A program made the translations under genes and the position numbers. This document shows positions 22,163-33,722 of a stretch of DNA of 64,000 nucleotides, piece by piece. The stretch covers positions 897,386 to 961,385 of the forward strand of contig CAJINV010000016.1 of the NCBI GenBank assembly GCA_905178155.1, in the 5' to 3' direction. Each line of letters starts with the position of its first letter. Position 1 is the stretch's first letter. Below the pieces are notes generated by a model. That model did no database searches and was not told the DNA's origin. It saw only the letters and a list, made by a program, of their open reading frames with translations. This DNA is from Amoebophrya sp. A120 (lineage: Eukaryota > Protista > Dinoflagellata).

Positions 22163-25100
22163 ATGGGCGATCACTTTGACCTTGTCCGAGGTCCGTCGCG
22201 AGACCAGGTAAGAACCGTATGTGGAGTGGGTTTTTGTGATGTTAGAATTAGATAGACATAGATGAAACTGAAACATTTAAGTACGAAATAACGTTCAAGT
22301 AGACTGGCTTCCCAACGCGGGTCGTGCGGAAATTTGGACAGCATGAAGATTTTCAATCGATGGTGGGTTGATGACGTGACGAAATGTATATTACTTTCTT
22401 ACGCCTGGCGAAAGGAAACAAATTTTACCAAAGCTAAAGCTAAATCTGTTCCCACTCAACGCAGGACCAACTTTCGCCGGACGATCTGGAATATCGAGCC
22501 GTGCTATGAAATGGAGTCGATAATTCAGCTTTTTGATGAAACAAGTCGCGTCTGGGATAACATTAACAACACAACTTGACGCCGACCTCCCTCGCCATGC
22601 GCTGCGCGCAACTTTTTGTAAAAGTGTATAAATGCTGCAAGTGATCATGCATCACCGACGTCATAGGCATGACCGAGAAAGCAGTTTCTCTTTGCTTGAG
22701 GATACTCCATTGTGAACAAGTTTTCGTACTGGTCCGCGCCATCGACTTTATTGAGGAGGACCCTCCGTAGTTGACTCTGCCTGGCGGAGTTGAGACTTCT
22801 TGTATCAAAAAAGCTTCCGGCTTTTGCCACTCTACATTTTCTCGACGGCCTTATTCCGCTCGTTTCGGAGATCATAGACGCTCAGGGCGGATTGTGCAGT
22901 TTGGGCTTTGTCATGAACGACGACAGGGTGAAGGCACAGCTGGCGCGGGTCCCAACCGGCTTCGACAAAAAAATCACGAAGATACTGAGTATAATTTTGA
23001 TTTTGCGGCCCTCCTCGGGGTTTCATACTATTCGTTCGATGCTGATGTGAATATCGCAATTATCGCAAGGATGAAATAAACTGCTGGGAAGATTTAGATT
23101 GTGCATGTTATGATTTCTGTCAAACCGTAAAACAGGATTTTACAACGAGTATTTTGCCATCATTGACAATGGAATGGTTGCCACGAGTACCGGCTTCGAG
23201 ACGGGGAAAGTCGTGTTTAACAATGCGGGCCAGACGGTCGCAGCCAATGCCGCTTCCGTCTCGGGGGAGAACCTGGGCACTGCCATATTGTGAGGAAAAA
23301 TCACCCCCATATTAAAATGCAACTTTGTGATGCTGTTTTGTGGTCACAAATCAGATTTGTCTTGCCGAAAGTGCTTGGCGGTAGTTTCTAACCTGTTCGT
23401 CGGGTATGCAGAAGGCTAGCGATTAGGCATGGCAAACAGATTCGCAGTAGTCGAAAGCGCATGACAGCCTGGCTGCAGTATGCGCCATAAGCATCCTATT
23501 GCCCTATAGGCAAGACAAAGGCGATTTGTGAGCATTAAGCAGCATCAGAAATTTCCATTTTGATATGGGGCGGGGGCATTTTTCCTCACAATATGCCACA
23601 ACCTCGGGCCTATGAACTGCAAAAGTATCGTACTCGTATAAATGCATCACAAATTTCCTCAGCATGAGAAATAAAATTTGTCATGCTAATTTACCTTAAG
23701 AAAAATATTTGTAATGCAAGACTTGCATTTATACGAATACGATACTTTTGCACAGGATAGGGCCCGTCCGGGTACGGGAAGGGAGCCGGTGGAAAGTATC
23801 GCAAGGAAAAATCCCCCCTCCCCATATTGAAGAGGTGAGGTTTCGAGAATTTGTGTTGCTGATTTAAGGTCACAAATCACGTTTGTGCTGCAAGAAGACA
23901 AAGGCAGCAGCTTCCGTCCCATTATGGAGGCGGTTTGTCATGCTGTTGAGCCAACATCACGGACGCTTCTCATGCTAAGCGCCAAAGTCAAAGCCTCTCT
24001 ACTCAGGCTTGATATGGGTCTGCAGTCCTCTCCAGCAAGACAAATGCGATTTGTGTACTCAAATACAGCAACACAAATTTCGCTTTCGATATGGGGAGGG
24101 GGGATTTTTCCTCACAATAGAAAGGGCAGCGGTGGCGCGGGGAAAGGGGGACGCGCACCCGGTGGCGGGAACGAAACCACGGACCAAAAAGCGATACAGG
24201 ACGCTGCAGACCGGCTTTGGAAGTAGAAGAACTTTAGTTTCGTCAATGAATAAGAACTACGTGGTGAACAATAATAGGAGTCTGACTTCTCGAGATGGAG
24301 GACATAGAGTTGTGGTAGGTCCGTCCCGCGAGTGAGGTCGCCCGCGACCGGGCAAAATGGCAGGCCGGAGGGGAGGCGACTTGGCCCAGGAGCCAGGATG
24401 GCAGCGGGCGCACGCAAATACCTCCCGCTGACCTTACCGCGGCGCCAGTGGGTGCGTCCGTTGGTGTTGTAGGGTATTGCGGCTCTTTGGCGATCGCGGG
24501 CGAAGCAACTCGGGGGCGGGGGCTAAGGCCCCCCCTGCGCTAGCTTTTGACTGGGCCCGGGCTTTGGCCCCTGCGCCACCCCGGGTGGGCCGCGCCGCCC
24601 TTTGGGTGGGTCGTTAGAAGTTGCCCGGGCCAGGCCCCCCCGCCGGTTTTTTGTTGCAGAGTGAAAGAACAGCCGCGCGCCGGGGGCCCGGCGCCCGCTG
24701 GCTTTTGCGCGCGAAGCCCGGAGGCTTCTTGCGGCCGGCCGCAAGCGGCAAGCGTCTCTCTGGCCTCCGCGGCCTTGTGCGCAGCGCCCGGCCCAACCCG
24801 AGCGACCGCCCGCGGTCGCCCCAAGGCCCCGGCGGCTATTTCATTCGGGCGGGCTAGGGGGGCTGGTGGTGTTCCATTCCCGCCCCGGCATAGGCGCGGG
24901 CTTCTTTTGTAGCTATGCTCGCTGGGGATGGGGTCCGGAATGGCTCCGGGCGGCTTTGGCCCGCCGCGGCCCAGCGCAGTGAGTGCTTCCGAAAGAAAGT
25001 ATTTCAAGGGGGCGCCGGGTGTTTTCTGCGTTGGCTTTTCATTCTATTGGCTTTGGAAAATTTTGGGAAGGCTTCGGGGAGATATTCGGGAGGCCCCTGC

Positions 25101-27688
25101 CGTGCTCTTTCCAGTTTTTCCAGAAAAAAGAAGAACGGGGGGGCCCGCCTTGCGGCCTCCGCGTTGGTGCGTCTGCCCGGGCCCGCCGCACGGGAGGCGC
25201 GCCCGCATATTGGAGGCGTTGGCCCGCCCCGGGGAAAGGGTGCGCCGCAGAGCGCGGCCAGGGAGGCGGGCCAGTCTGCCCTTTGCCGTCCGAGCCCGCC
25301 CCGGCGGCTTTCGCTTCTGCCCTGCCCTCCGCGCCGCCCCATGGCAGTCTTTTGGCCGGCCTTGTGCTTCGGGGCAGCCAGGCGGCCTGTTGGCCCGCCT
25401 CCGTCCGCCCCGGCGCGCGCCCGTCCATTTCGCCGGGGGCCCCGGGCCTTCGCTCCTTGTATTGCCCGGCCCGTGCGTGTGTCCCACGCACTCGGCGTGC
25501 GGGTGTACCGCCCGCGCCCTAGCCAGAAACTGCCTGCGTGGCGCGCCCCGCCCGCGCGGGCGGGCACGAAAAAGGGGCCGGCCCCAGGACAGGCGTGCGC
25601 GGGCGAAGGGGCCCGCAGGAAGGGTGGCGCCACTTATTTTGCCCACTGGACTGACTGACTTCGCCCGGTCGGTCGCAATGGCGGTGGGCACGCACCCACG
25701 CAGGCAAACCAGCTCGGCGGCCGAACTGCCGGCGAGGGCCCGAGGAGCGATGGAGCAGAGAAGCTGCATGCCGCCGCCCTAATGAGAATGAAGACTGGCA
25801 AAAAGAGCAGGGGCGGGGCCCGCCAAAAGTTGGGCGGCAGTGGGCCTCGGCCTGGGCATCCACCCCATGTGCGCGCCCATGCTATGGGCACCGTTGTGAC
25901 AGCCGGGCGGGTCGTGCCCGGCCTGCCGCGCGCGGCTTTCTCTGGGCCCTCTCGCGTAGTTCGGGTCCAGAGGGGCCGTGGGTCTTGGTCTTGCTTTTCC
26001 TTTATCGGTCGCCGCGCCGCCGTGTCCTACCTGCAGAACATTACTCAATAGGCATAGCCATTATTTAGTCATGACGGCGTGGCACGGGAGTAAAGACCTT
26101 GGAATTAATGCGGGCAGGGTGCCTAACCCGCGGGGGAGAAAACAGTCCAAAGCCCGGGGCGGTTGGATGTGGATCAGGGGCAAATTTTGTGCATGTGCTG
26201 GAAATTTATTGTTGAAATATTTTTGAAAAGCTTTGCGCGGTCCGTTTGTAGGGTAGCTTTGCCTTTGCCATCGCGTCGCCTTATAGCTTTGTCTTTTGTC
26301 GCCGCATTCCCGACATCGCACTACCATGAGGATTGAGTATATTCCGCATGGAAAACTCGCGCAAATTGTTAAAGAGCACCATACCGCCGCGATTGGGGTT
26401 TTTCTGATTTTTCGGTTTTCGGTTTTGGGTTTTATATAGCAAAATCTCCTCCCTGGTCCTCCCTACCCTGGGACCCGGGATTCTATAAACTCTTCTGATA
26501 TGAGTCTGCCTTCTCGAGATGGAGGACATAGAGTTGTGGTAGCTGTGCTTATTCAATATCGGTACTAAATTTGTCAAATCGGACTTACCACGTGCACGTC
26601 GACAAGATTCTTGTGAAACCCGACAACAGTGCCGTCTTCGACATTGCCGACGAGGACAAATTTGCGGCCGCGATTGGCGAGGTGAATTACGTGCGAAAGA
26701 AGCTCTGGGAAAAGGGCATTCTGCACCTCCCAACCCCCGACTCCCTCGGCGCTGGCGCCTTGGGCGGGGCCGGGGGGACCAACCACGACGGCGGTATCGG
26801 GCACATTCCTTTCGCCGGCAACGTCACCCACCTAGTACCCGGCGCAGCTGGTGGAGGTGCGCCCGCCCCAGGTTGTGGTGGCGGCGGGGGAATAAATAGC
26901 AAGGCCGTCTCCGCCGCCGCCCCCGGCTTTGGAAACCCCACCGCGCCGGGAGGAGCAGGAGCTCCGGGGCTAGGGGGGCCCGCAGCCGCGAACAACAACA
27001 GCTGTACCTACGCCGCGGCGCCCGGATTCGGGCCCGCACCGGGTTTCGCCGCAAACAGCCAGCATAACAGCTACGGGTCGAGTTCCTACAACCATCATGG
27101 CCCGAACACAACCAGTCCGAACGTGGTCAATAACAGTGCTTGTTACGACCAGCACGGGTATAATAACACCTCCACAGCTGCGCATCTTTCCGGTAGTACT
27201 TCGCACCACACCACCACAGCGAGCGCGGCGCACAGCAGCAACAATCCCCCACTGTCGCTCGAGAAAAGAGACGGCCGCATGGCGGTTTTAGGGCAGGCGT
27301 GTGTGGACTTCTTGGCGCAGTGTCCGGAGAAAACGGTACTGATGCAGCACTTGAGCTCTGACCCACAGATCACGGAGCTGAAGCGCGGTGTGGTGGCGAA
27401 GTTTGAAAAATGGATCAAGCAAAACGAGCATGTGTTTCGGCTAAAGGAGGTGCATCAGGGGGGCACGGTAAGTAATATTTGGTGATGTCTACTATAGATA
27501 GTTGTTGATCCTTCCATGTTGAAAGCGAATTTAAGCAGCAGTTCTATACTGTACAATTTTTTTCTTCACATAAAAATCAGGTAAAAACGTACATCAACCT
27601 GCACTTGGAGCCCAATGAGAACGGCGAGATGATATTTCCCTCGGCAGTGAGTGGCCTGCACCCCTGTGCCTCGGTGGCGGGTTGTTAA
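22163..27688 (+). CDS. Gly-rich hypothetical protein with possible winged-helix/LOTUS-like segments; exons 22163-22207, 22465-22504, 22842-22988, 23136-23285, 23599-23610, 23765-23796, 24125-24222, 26579-27467, 27581-27688
   Basis: Reconstructed continuous frame MGDHFDLVRGPSRDQ|DQLSPDDLEYRAVL|DGLIPLVSEIIDAQGG...KIL|RFYNEYFAIIDNG...GTA|TTSG|PSGYGKGAGGK|GSGG...DRLW|NRTYHVHVDK...QGGT|VKTYINL. The domain call is resemblance only. Confidence 0.65.
22505..22841. mobile_element. Decayed IR-bounded non-canonical intron
   Basis: Starts TAT; agctttttgatgaaacaagtc pairs with gacttcttgtatcaaaaaagct; ATA end and direct repeat are lost; removal gives EYRAVL-DGLIPL. Confidence 0.55.
23286..23593. mobile_element. 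Introner, family C (TIR aaaaatcccccctccccatat)
   Basis: tattgtgaggaaaaat / atttttcctcacaata; direct repeat TGCCA. Confidence 0.9.
23611..23759. mobile_element. Introner, family A
   Basis: TAT...ATA ends; direct repeat GGGCC. Confidence 0.92.
23797..24119. mobile_element. Introner, family C
   Basis: TAT...ATA ends; direct repeat GAAAG. Confidence 0.92.
24278..26542. other. GC-rich island 2, bounded by a 41-bp direct repeat
   Basis: gagtctg(a/c)cttctcgagatggaggacatagagttgtggtag at 24278-24318 and 26502-26542 (one mismatch); 75% GC in sampled line 25201-25260. Confidence 0.85.
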
Positions 27689-28603
27689 AAGAACATGTTA
27701 ATATCGTGCTGGTCGACGTCGGTTCTGGATTTATTTTCGGCGCTCCCCGAGGCTGAGGTGCAGGAGTACTTCTTTTAGGCGTTTGGTTTGCGCTAGGATA
27801 CTATTACTATACAAGTTACAGCACCTCCTCCCTGATAGTGCAAGGGAAAAGAGCTACGGGATAGGATTTCCTGGCAGAAAGTAAAGCATAAGCATTCCAA
27901 TGGATGAATCGACATCACGACGACAAGAAAGACGAGAATAAACGCCACGACTGATAGAAGTAAGTACTTATCATCTATTCGCGCTTCCAGATGAACGGCA
28001 TGACTGAGTATGTGAGTTCTTCTCTGTAAACTCGACGACGCAGAGGCAGATTGAATCTGCAATGTAAAAAGCGACATCATCACAACTAATAAGGAAGAAA
28101 ACTGCTGTGGCTGTCACAGCAGCCGCCGGCCGTGACAACGAAGGTCCGAGTTCGTCTCCATCGTTGTGCCCTGGTGAAGGTGGCGACTTTTTTATCGCTA
28201 AGGACTTCCCGCAAGCTACACGCTTCAGTTACAAGGAATTTCGATTTATTTCTTGATGTCGTTCGAATGCGAATCTTTTTTGATCCGCACAGAACAAGCT
28301 GCCAAAATGAGTAGAGAAGTGTAAGTTTTGTCGTGACTGAAGCTTTTTAAACCGATGGGGATGTTGCCGATCTCATCGTCACTCGTTGATCTCCCGCAAG
28401 GCCCAGTTAGCCTCTGACTTTTTGTCCCCCTATTTATCGCACCAATGGAACAAGAACGCAGAAGAAGTACTAAAGTCAAGTTGGATTCCAATTCCTTATA
28501 TTGCAAGACGCACTACCACCTGTTCGTGCATGTATTTTTGAGTACCTCAAGTTTGCGACTAGAACTACCTTTTCCACCTCCGCTCCTTGAAAACGAGAAC
28601 ACC

Positions 28604-29900
28604 ATGGCCCGGGTAAGTGGAGCTGCTCCTTTTGGCCTCGATGTACTTGAAGCAGACCTGCAGCATTGGCGGGGTGAAGAAGCCTATAGCGCGGCGACGT
28701 TTGTGGACCTCAACAACGTGGAATCGCCGCAGAACAACAAGAACCGTGGCTCAGCAGCCAGCCGTAGGTCCCCCTCACCGAGAAGGGGCGCAAAACTGAC
28801 CCTGTCCCGCGAAATTGCCCAATACGAGGTGCTATGCATTGCAAAAGCGTCGTACTAGTATAAAGTGCATGTTGACAAATTTGCTCAAGAACAAAAAAAT
28901 GCAATTTGTAGTGCTGTTTTCCCTTAGAAAGTAGATCTGTCATGCATGGCTGCAATTAGTACGAGTGCGATACTTTTGCACTGGATAGGTGCCGCCGCAC
29001 TTGCGGGTGCAGAGTATGGATGAGCAATTTTTGCTCGAGAAAAAGTACCTCGATCTGTACAAACAGAAGCTGGAAAAAGAGATAAAACGGGAGGAATCTT
29101 TGCAGAAAAAGGTAGTACACATATCAATGCTTTTCAGCCGTTGCGGACGTTTTTCTTTTTGCATTATTGTTTTCCGTCATAGCGATAGGGATAGAAGTAC
29201 TTACAAGTAGTAGAGGACGTGTAGTGTACCAGTGAGGGTGGAACAGGCTGTGCACAATGAATTTGAATACACAATCGACCACACGCCCCAGCCGGCGAAC
29301 GAGAAGCAATCCTCCCTGATGCAAGAGCTTCGCTCCTGGCGGGAGAAGCAGAAGGAGCAGATCCAGAAGGAGACGGAGGAGAGAGACAAAAAATTGTCCG
29401 ACATGCAGGAAATCACACAGGCGACGGAGCATATCGCACGAAAAAACTGTTTCATCACTGTGAACTTGTGATGCATAGAGTTGAAGACTGAAACTAGTTG
29501 TCTTGCTACATCTGCAAGACATCGGATTTTTCATCAGCGTGTTTTCCCCTTGGGAAGCGCGCATAGCAGGTTTTCTGTGTCATGTGTAACGAACTTGTGA
29601 TGCAGATCTTGCAAAATCATCACAGAGAGACAGTTTTTTTGTGGGATAGAGCAGGAATGTCGCAAATTTTTGAAAAAATACGACTGGGACGTCAAAATTG
29701 CGTGTGAACAATATTTATGCATTGCAAAAGTATCGTACTAGTATAAATTGCATCACAAATCTTAGCAAGAAGAAAAGTGGAATTTGTAATGCTGTTTTAC
29801 CTTTAGGAAGGAGATTTGTCATGCATATTTGCAATTAGTACGACTACGATACTTTTGCACAGGATAATATTTCAATGGCGAGGATGTCAGCGGGTCGTGA
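28604..29900 (+). CDS. Coiled-coil protein with a C-terminal UBA-like domain; exons ~28604-28832, 28993-29111, 29238-29431, 29654-29715, 29872-29900
   Basis: Reconstructed C-terminus KLSDMQEITQATEQECRKFLKKYDWDVKIACEQYFNG fits the UBA-like (TAP-C/UBA_4) pattern. Confidence 0.75.
28833..28987. mobile_element. Introner, family A (also readable as GT-AG intron 28829-28988)
   Basis: TAT...ATA ends; direct repeat GGTGC. Confidence 0.92.
29432..29648. mobile_element. Introner, diverged family F
   Basis: tatcgcacgaaaaaactgt / acagtttttttgtgggata; direct repeat GAGCA. Confidence 0.88.
29716..29866. mobile_element. Introner, family A
   Basis: TAT...ATA ends; direct repeat ATATT. Confidence 0.92.
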
Positions 29901-30732
29901 ACAAACTGGTGAACATGATCTTCTTCAAGGACATACTACTTCGCGGTTTAGAAGTTTGCTTTTTTTAGATGAAGCGAACAAGAAACAGAATTGAAGTGAA
30001 AGAATGAAGATGCTCCTGACAGGAAAGTTTTGTTCTGTTCTTTGCCGCAAAAGATGTTTGTCGCGTCTATAGATGGAAAAATGCACTGTCGTAAAGATGT
30101 ATCCACCGCAGGGTGTGTTGCTGCTGCTGATATGTACCGCAATTCGTATATGAAAATGAGTATGAAACGCTAAGGCATCCGTAACTCGTCGTTCCTTTTC
30201 ATCGTGATCCTTCGTACCGTCTTCGTACTCATAGAACGCATCTCGACGACGTCCAAACATTTACAGCTTGTCACCTGGTGCACTTGTGGCAATCGTTGCA
30301 AGAAACTCGCTCAGCATTAACTTGAAACGCACTCCCTATAATCCAGCGAGAAGCACCAATGAACCAAATTTATCTCCATTCAAAAAAACAGCTTGGTGTT
30401 GTGTCTTTTCCACGGTGTCAAGGCGCTTTTTTTTTTGTTCACTATCGGGAAGCTAGAACGTGAGTATATGTAGTTTTGATTTTAGCATTGGGAAACTACC
30501 GACAGCATAGCACTTTTCTACTGGGATATTAATTTGTTCACATATTACTACACGCACTACGACTACCCTACACGTAAAAGTACAATGTTTCTATCGCTTC
30601 TGAAACTCAATAAACGCATCATCACTTCTTACATTCAACATTTTCATCCTGCTCCTCGCATGGTCACAAGTTCCTTCTGCTAGTGCAATTGATTTCAATT
30701 TGTGCACATATATAGCACATTAAATTTCTATC

Positions 30733-32217
30733 ATGTCCCGCGTCCGGTTCCAACAGACGGAGTCCAGCCGACAAAAATCCCGGTCCCCCCTACCGTCCCC
30801 GGATAGACGTGGTCAACAAGGAAATGCCGCAACTTTGTTGGAGGACGACGATGAAAACGAAGAAGGTGGACATCATGTCTCTCGCTCGGTTGTAGATGCC
30901 GGGCCTGCGTCTGCCATAACGGGTAAGAATGATGTCAAATCCCCAACATCAACTACTCCACGGACGAAGATGAACCAGAACAAAGCTTCAAAGACGAAAG
31001 CCAGTATCTCCGACCTCCTCGAAGAAATCTCCGCCGCGAAGCGGCCATCTGCTTTGTCGAAGACAAAATCCACAACGCTCCCAAAACTCGAAGACGCCCT
31101 CCCGCCGAGGGACCCGCTGAAGAATTTCAGCCGGAAAGACTTGCAGAATTTACAGCTACGAATCACCGAAAACGTCAAACAGTCGCAGCTGGAGAAGAAC
31201 TGGAAGCAGAGCGACAAGATCGGGAAGTTTTTTATCGATCCAGCAATTAACAGTCTTTTTCTACCGGTTGGGAGAGAGGAAACCACCTGGGAAATCGAGC
31301 GGAAAATGCACGCGAGAAGGTCAACCCGCTCCTATCGAGAGTTACCCGACGACGGGAGGCGGCGGTTGCGTCTGCACTACTTCGATAAGAAAGAGGAATA
31401 CACGAAGTTGAGACGAGAAAAAACCGTGTCGGAGCACGTGTTCACGAAGGAAGAAGTACGGAGAAGGGCAATACTGGAGAAGGATTTGATGCGGAAGCAA
31501 CACCCCCTCTACGTGAACAAAATGCGACAGTTGACCTACGACAACGCTGTTGCGAAAGAGAAGTATTTGCAGGCGATTGCAGCGGAAGAAGCGGAACAGG
31601 AAGCGAGGTTGCAAGGGGAAGCGGAATTTGAACTGCTACAGGGGGCTAGGAAGGAAGTGCTCGCGAAGCAAGCGACAGCTGCATCGTTGGAGGGTAATGA
31701 GCAACAAGCTCTGGCGGGTAATCCTAATCTTGACGGCCCCGGTGGATCGGCAGCCGGAAGTGGCGTAAAGAAACAAGGAACAGCAGTAGGAACGGGGACT
31801 GGTTCGCAAGTGCACGACGAAAGAACTGAGATGCAGATGAACGAGCGGAAAAGCAACCGATCAAGCGTAACAAATTCCCGGCCAACTTCGCCCAGTCCTG
31901 GTGAAGAGAAGAATAGAAAAACTACGCAGTCGAAAATCAAACCCCCGAAACTGCTCCCCTTACCGAATTCCAGCACGGCCGCTGTTCCGAACACACAGAT
32001 AAAGAACTACTGGAAGACGGTTGACATGTCCACGCGGGGGAATTCGTTCGAGGAAAAATATCCGTGGAAAGCAAAGGAGGAGAAGCGGGACCTTTACCAG
32101 GACGGCTTCTATGAAAAACAAGTGAAGTTGGTCAATAATTTGGACGCAAGGAAACAGGGCGGGTTGCATAAAGACAATCACGCAGCGGCACCAGGGTCGA
32201 ATAAAACGAAACTGTGA
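30733..32217 (+). CDS. Hypothetical charged/coiled-coil protein, intronless, 494 aa
   Basis: Long ATG-initiated ORF flanked by AT-rich sequence. Confidence 0.8.
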   Translation: MSRVRFQQTESSRQKSRSPLPSPDRRGQQGNAATLLEDDDENEEGGHHVSRSVVDAGPASAITGKNDVKSPTSTTPRTKMNQNKASKTKASISDLLEEISAAKRPSALSKTKSTTLPKLEDALPPRDPLKNFSRKDLQNLQLRITENVKQSQLEKNWKQSDKIGKFFIDPAINSLFLPVGREETTWEIERKMHARRSTRSYRELPDDGRRRLRLHYFDKKEEYTKLRREKTVSEHVFTKEEVRRRAILEKDLMRKQHPLYVNKMRQLTYDNAVAKEKYLQAIAAEEAEQEARLQGEAEFELLQGARKEVLAKQATAASLEGNEQQALAGNPNLDGPGGSAAGSGVKKQGTAVGTGTGSQVHDERTEMQMNERKSNRSSVTNSRPTSPSPGEEKNRKTTQSKIKPPKLLPLPNSSTAAVPNTQIKNYWKTVDMSTRGNSFEEKYPWKAKEEKRDLYQDGFYEKQVKLVNNLDARKQGGLHKDNHAAAPGSNKTKL

Positions 32218-33722
32218 TGATGGGAGACAGATTCATTTGTGGTTTCACAGACGAGCATTAGTAGGTTAGTACTACACATTTTTTCTTTAGTTTTCGTTAA
32301 TCATTCACATGGGAATTGTTTTAGGTTTCGCGCATATATATACACAGTTTTCAAACTTCCCTTTGGGATTTTAGTTTTCAATATACACAGTTTTACCAGC
32401 ATGGGAAATAATCATAAAATGGGAAAATACAGTACAACACGGGCAATTACCGAGAGGACCGGAGATCATGCGCATAATGCACCACATTCGTCACAGTTAG
32501 AAGCAGTAGTTTCTATCCGAGACTACTTACAATCTTTCGCTCTGTTTCTGATTGATGAAGCTTCATTTTCTATTACTTGTTTTTTGTCGTCCTCTTTCTC
32601 ACTAGTATCCCTTGTTCGATGTAAGACAGTGAGTTGTACGCAGATGTACCTGTGCACATGAGTATCAGTAAAACTTCTGTCCCGGTGACACGGTAGTTGT
32701 TGTAAATTATTATTTGTCGATGATGATGGAAGGCGAAGGCGTGCCCAGCGAAGGCGTTCTTTAGCCACAGCTGCATTCGGCGGTTAGACCGTCTCGCTAC
32801 ATTTTGATCGTGTTCTCCATGACGATTTGCCTCTTTTTCTTGTTTTCATACCGTTTTAGTAGCTTGTCACACTCTTGACAGCACACATTATGGAGATGGA
32901 GTGGCAGCCGTTTAGTCGTGGCACATGCGTCGTCTTCAGGCGTGAATATTTGTTTACTGCTTCACTTCTGTGCAACGTAAGAACTGCAATTTATCAAATA
33001 ACATCGTTGTGCAACGTGGTTTCTTTGTCTGCATCAACTACATCAGTGTAGTGTTTCTTTCAGGAGTTTGATCGTTCTTCAATCTTTATTTCTCTTGGCG
33101 TGGCTGCAAGAGTGCCGAACTGGTACCCATTGCAACGCATTCGCAAAAAATATCGCATTCAGATTCACCACAACCGAAAGGGGAGGGACTCGGACTACAC
33201 GGACTACAGGCATGGGCGTTACTAACAAAAATTTCTACTTAAGTTTCACAATCGTGACAGGACACTGCTCACAATAAAAAAAAATCATGACGGTGTAAAT
33301 CGAACAAGTCAGAAACGTTTTGGTTCACTGCAAGCAAGGTTGTCTCTCCTATTCTTCGTTTATTTTGCAGTTCGCCTTCTGCTGGTGAACCAGAGACTCA
33401 TCGCGGGAGGTCGTCCACACCACCAGGACTGCTCTTGAAACAGCTGAGCAATAAGAACTTGAGCAACTTCATCCTCGGCAACAAACTTCATCGCGGCAGC
33501 ATTCCGGTGCGAGATTTACCCACGGCATGGAAATCGGATTCTAAACCGCCTATGGAATATGTTTGCAGCGCCGAAGCTGCACACGATTTGTGGATGAGCG
33601 TTGATTTTTTCGATGATGCGATTATAGCGATTCGTATTCTGCTTGTCTTACTTTGAGCTACGTTTTTGAGCAAAAATAACGGCTCGCTAGCTACAAATTC
33701 CCCCTTGCCATAGAATCCGGTT

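Noticed and set aside
24523-26051. Many overlapping 100-280 aa ORFs on both strands (also at 5787-7538)
   Set aside because: Expected from stop-codon scarcity in GC-rich DNA; Arg/Pro/Gly/Ala-rich with no motifs.
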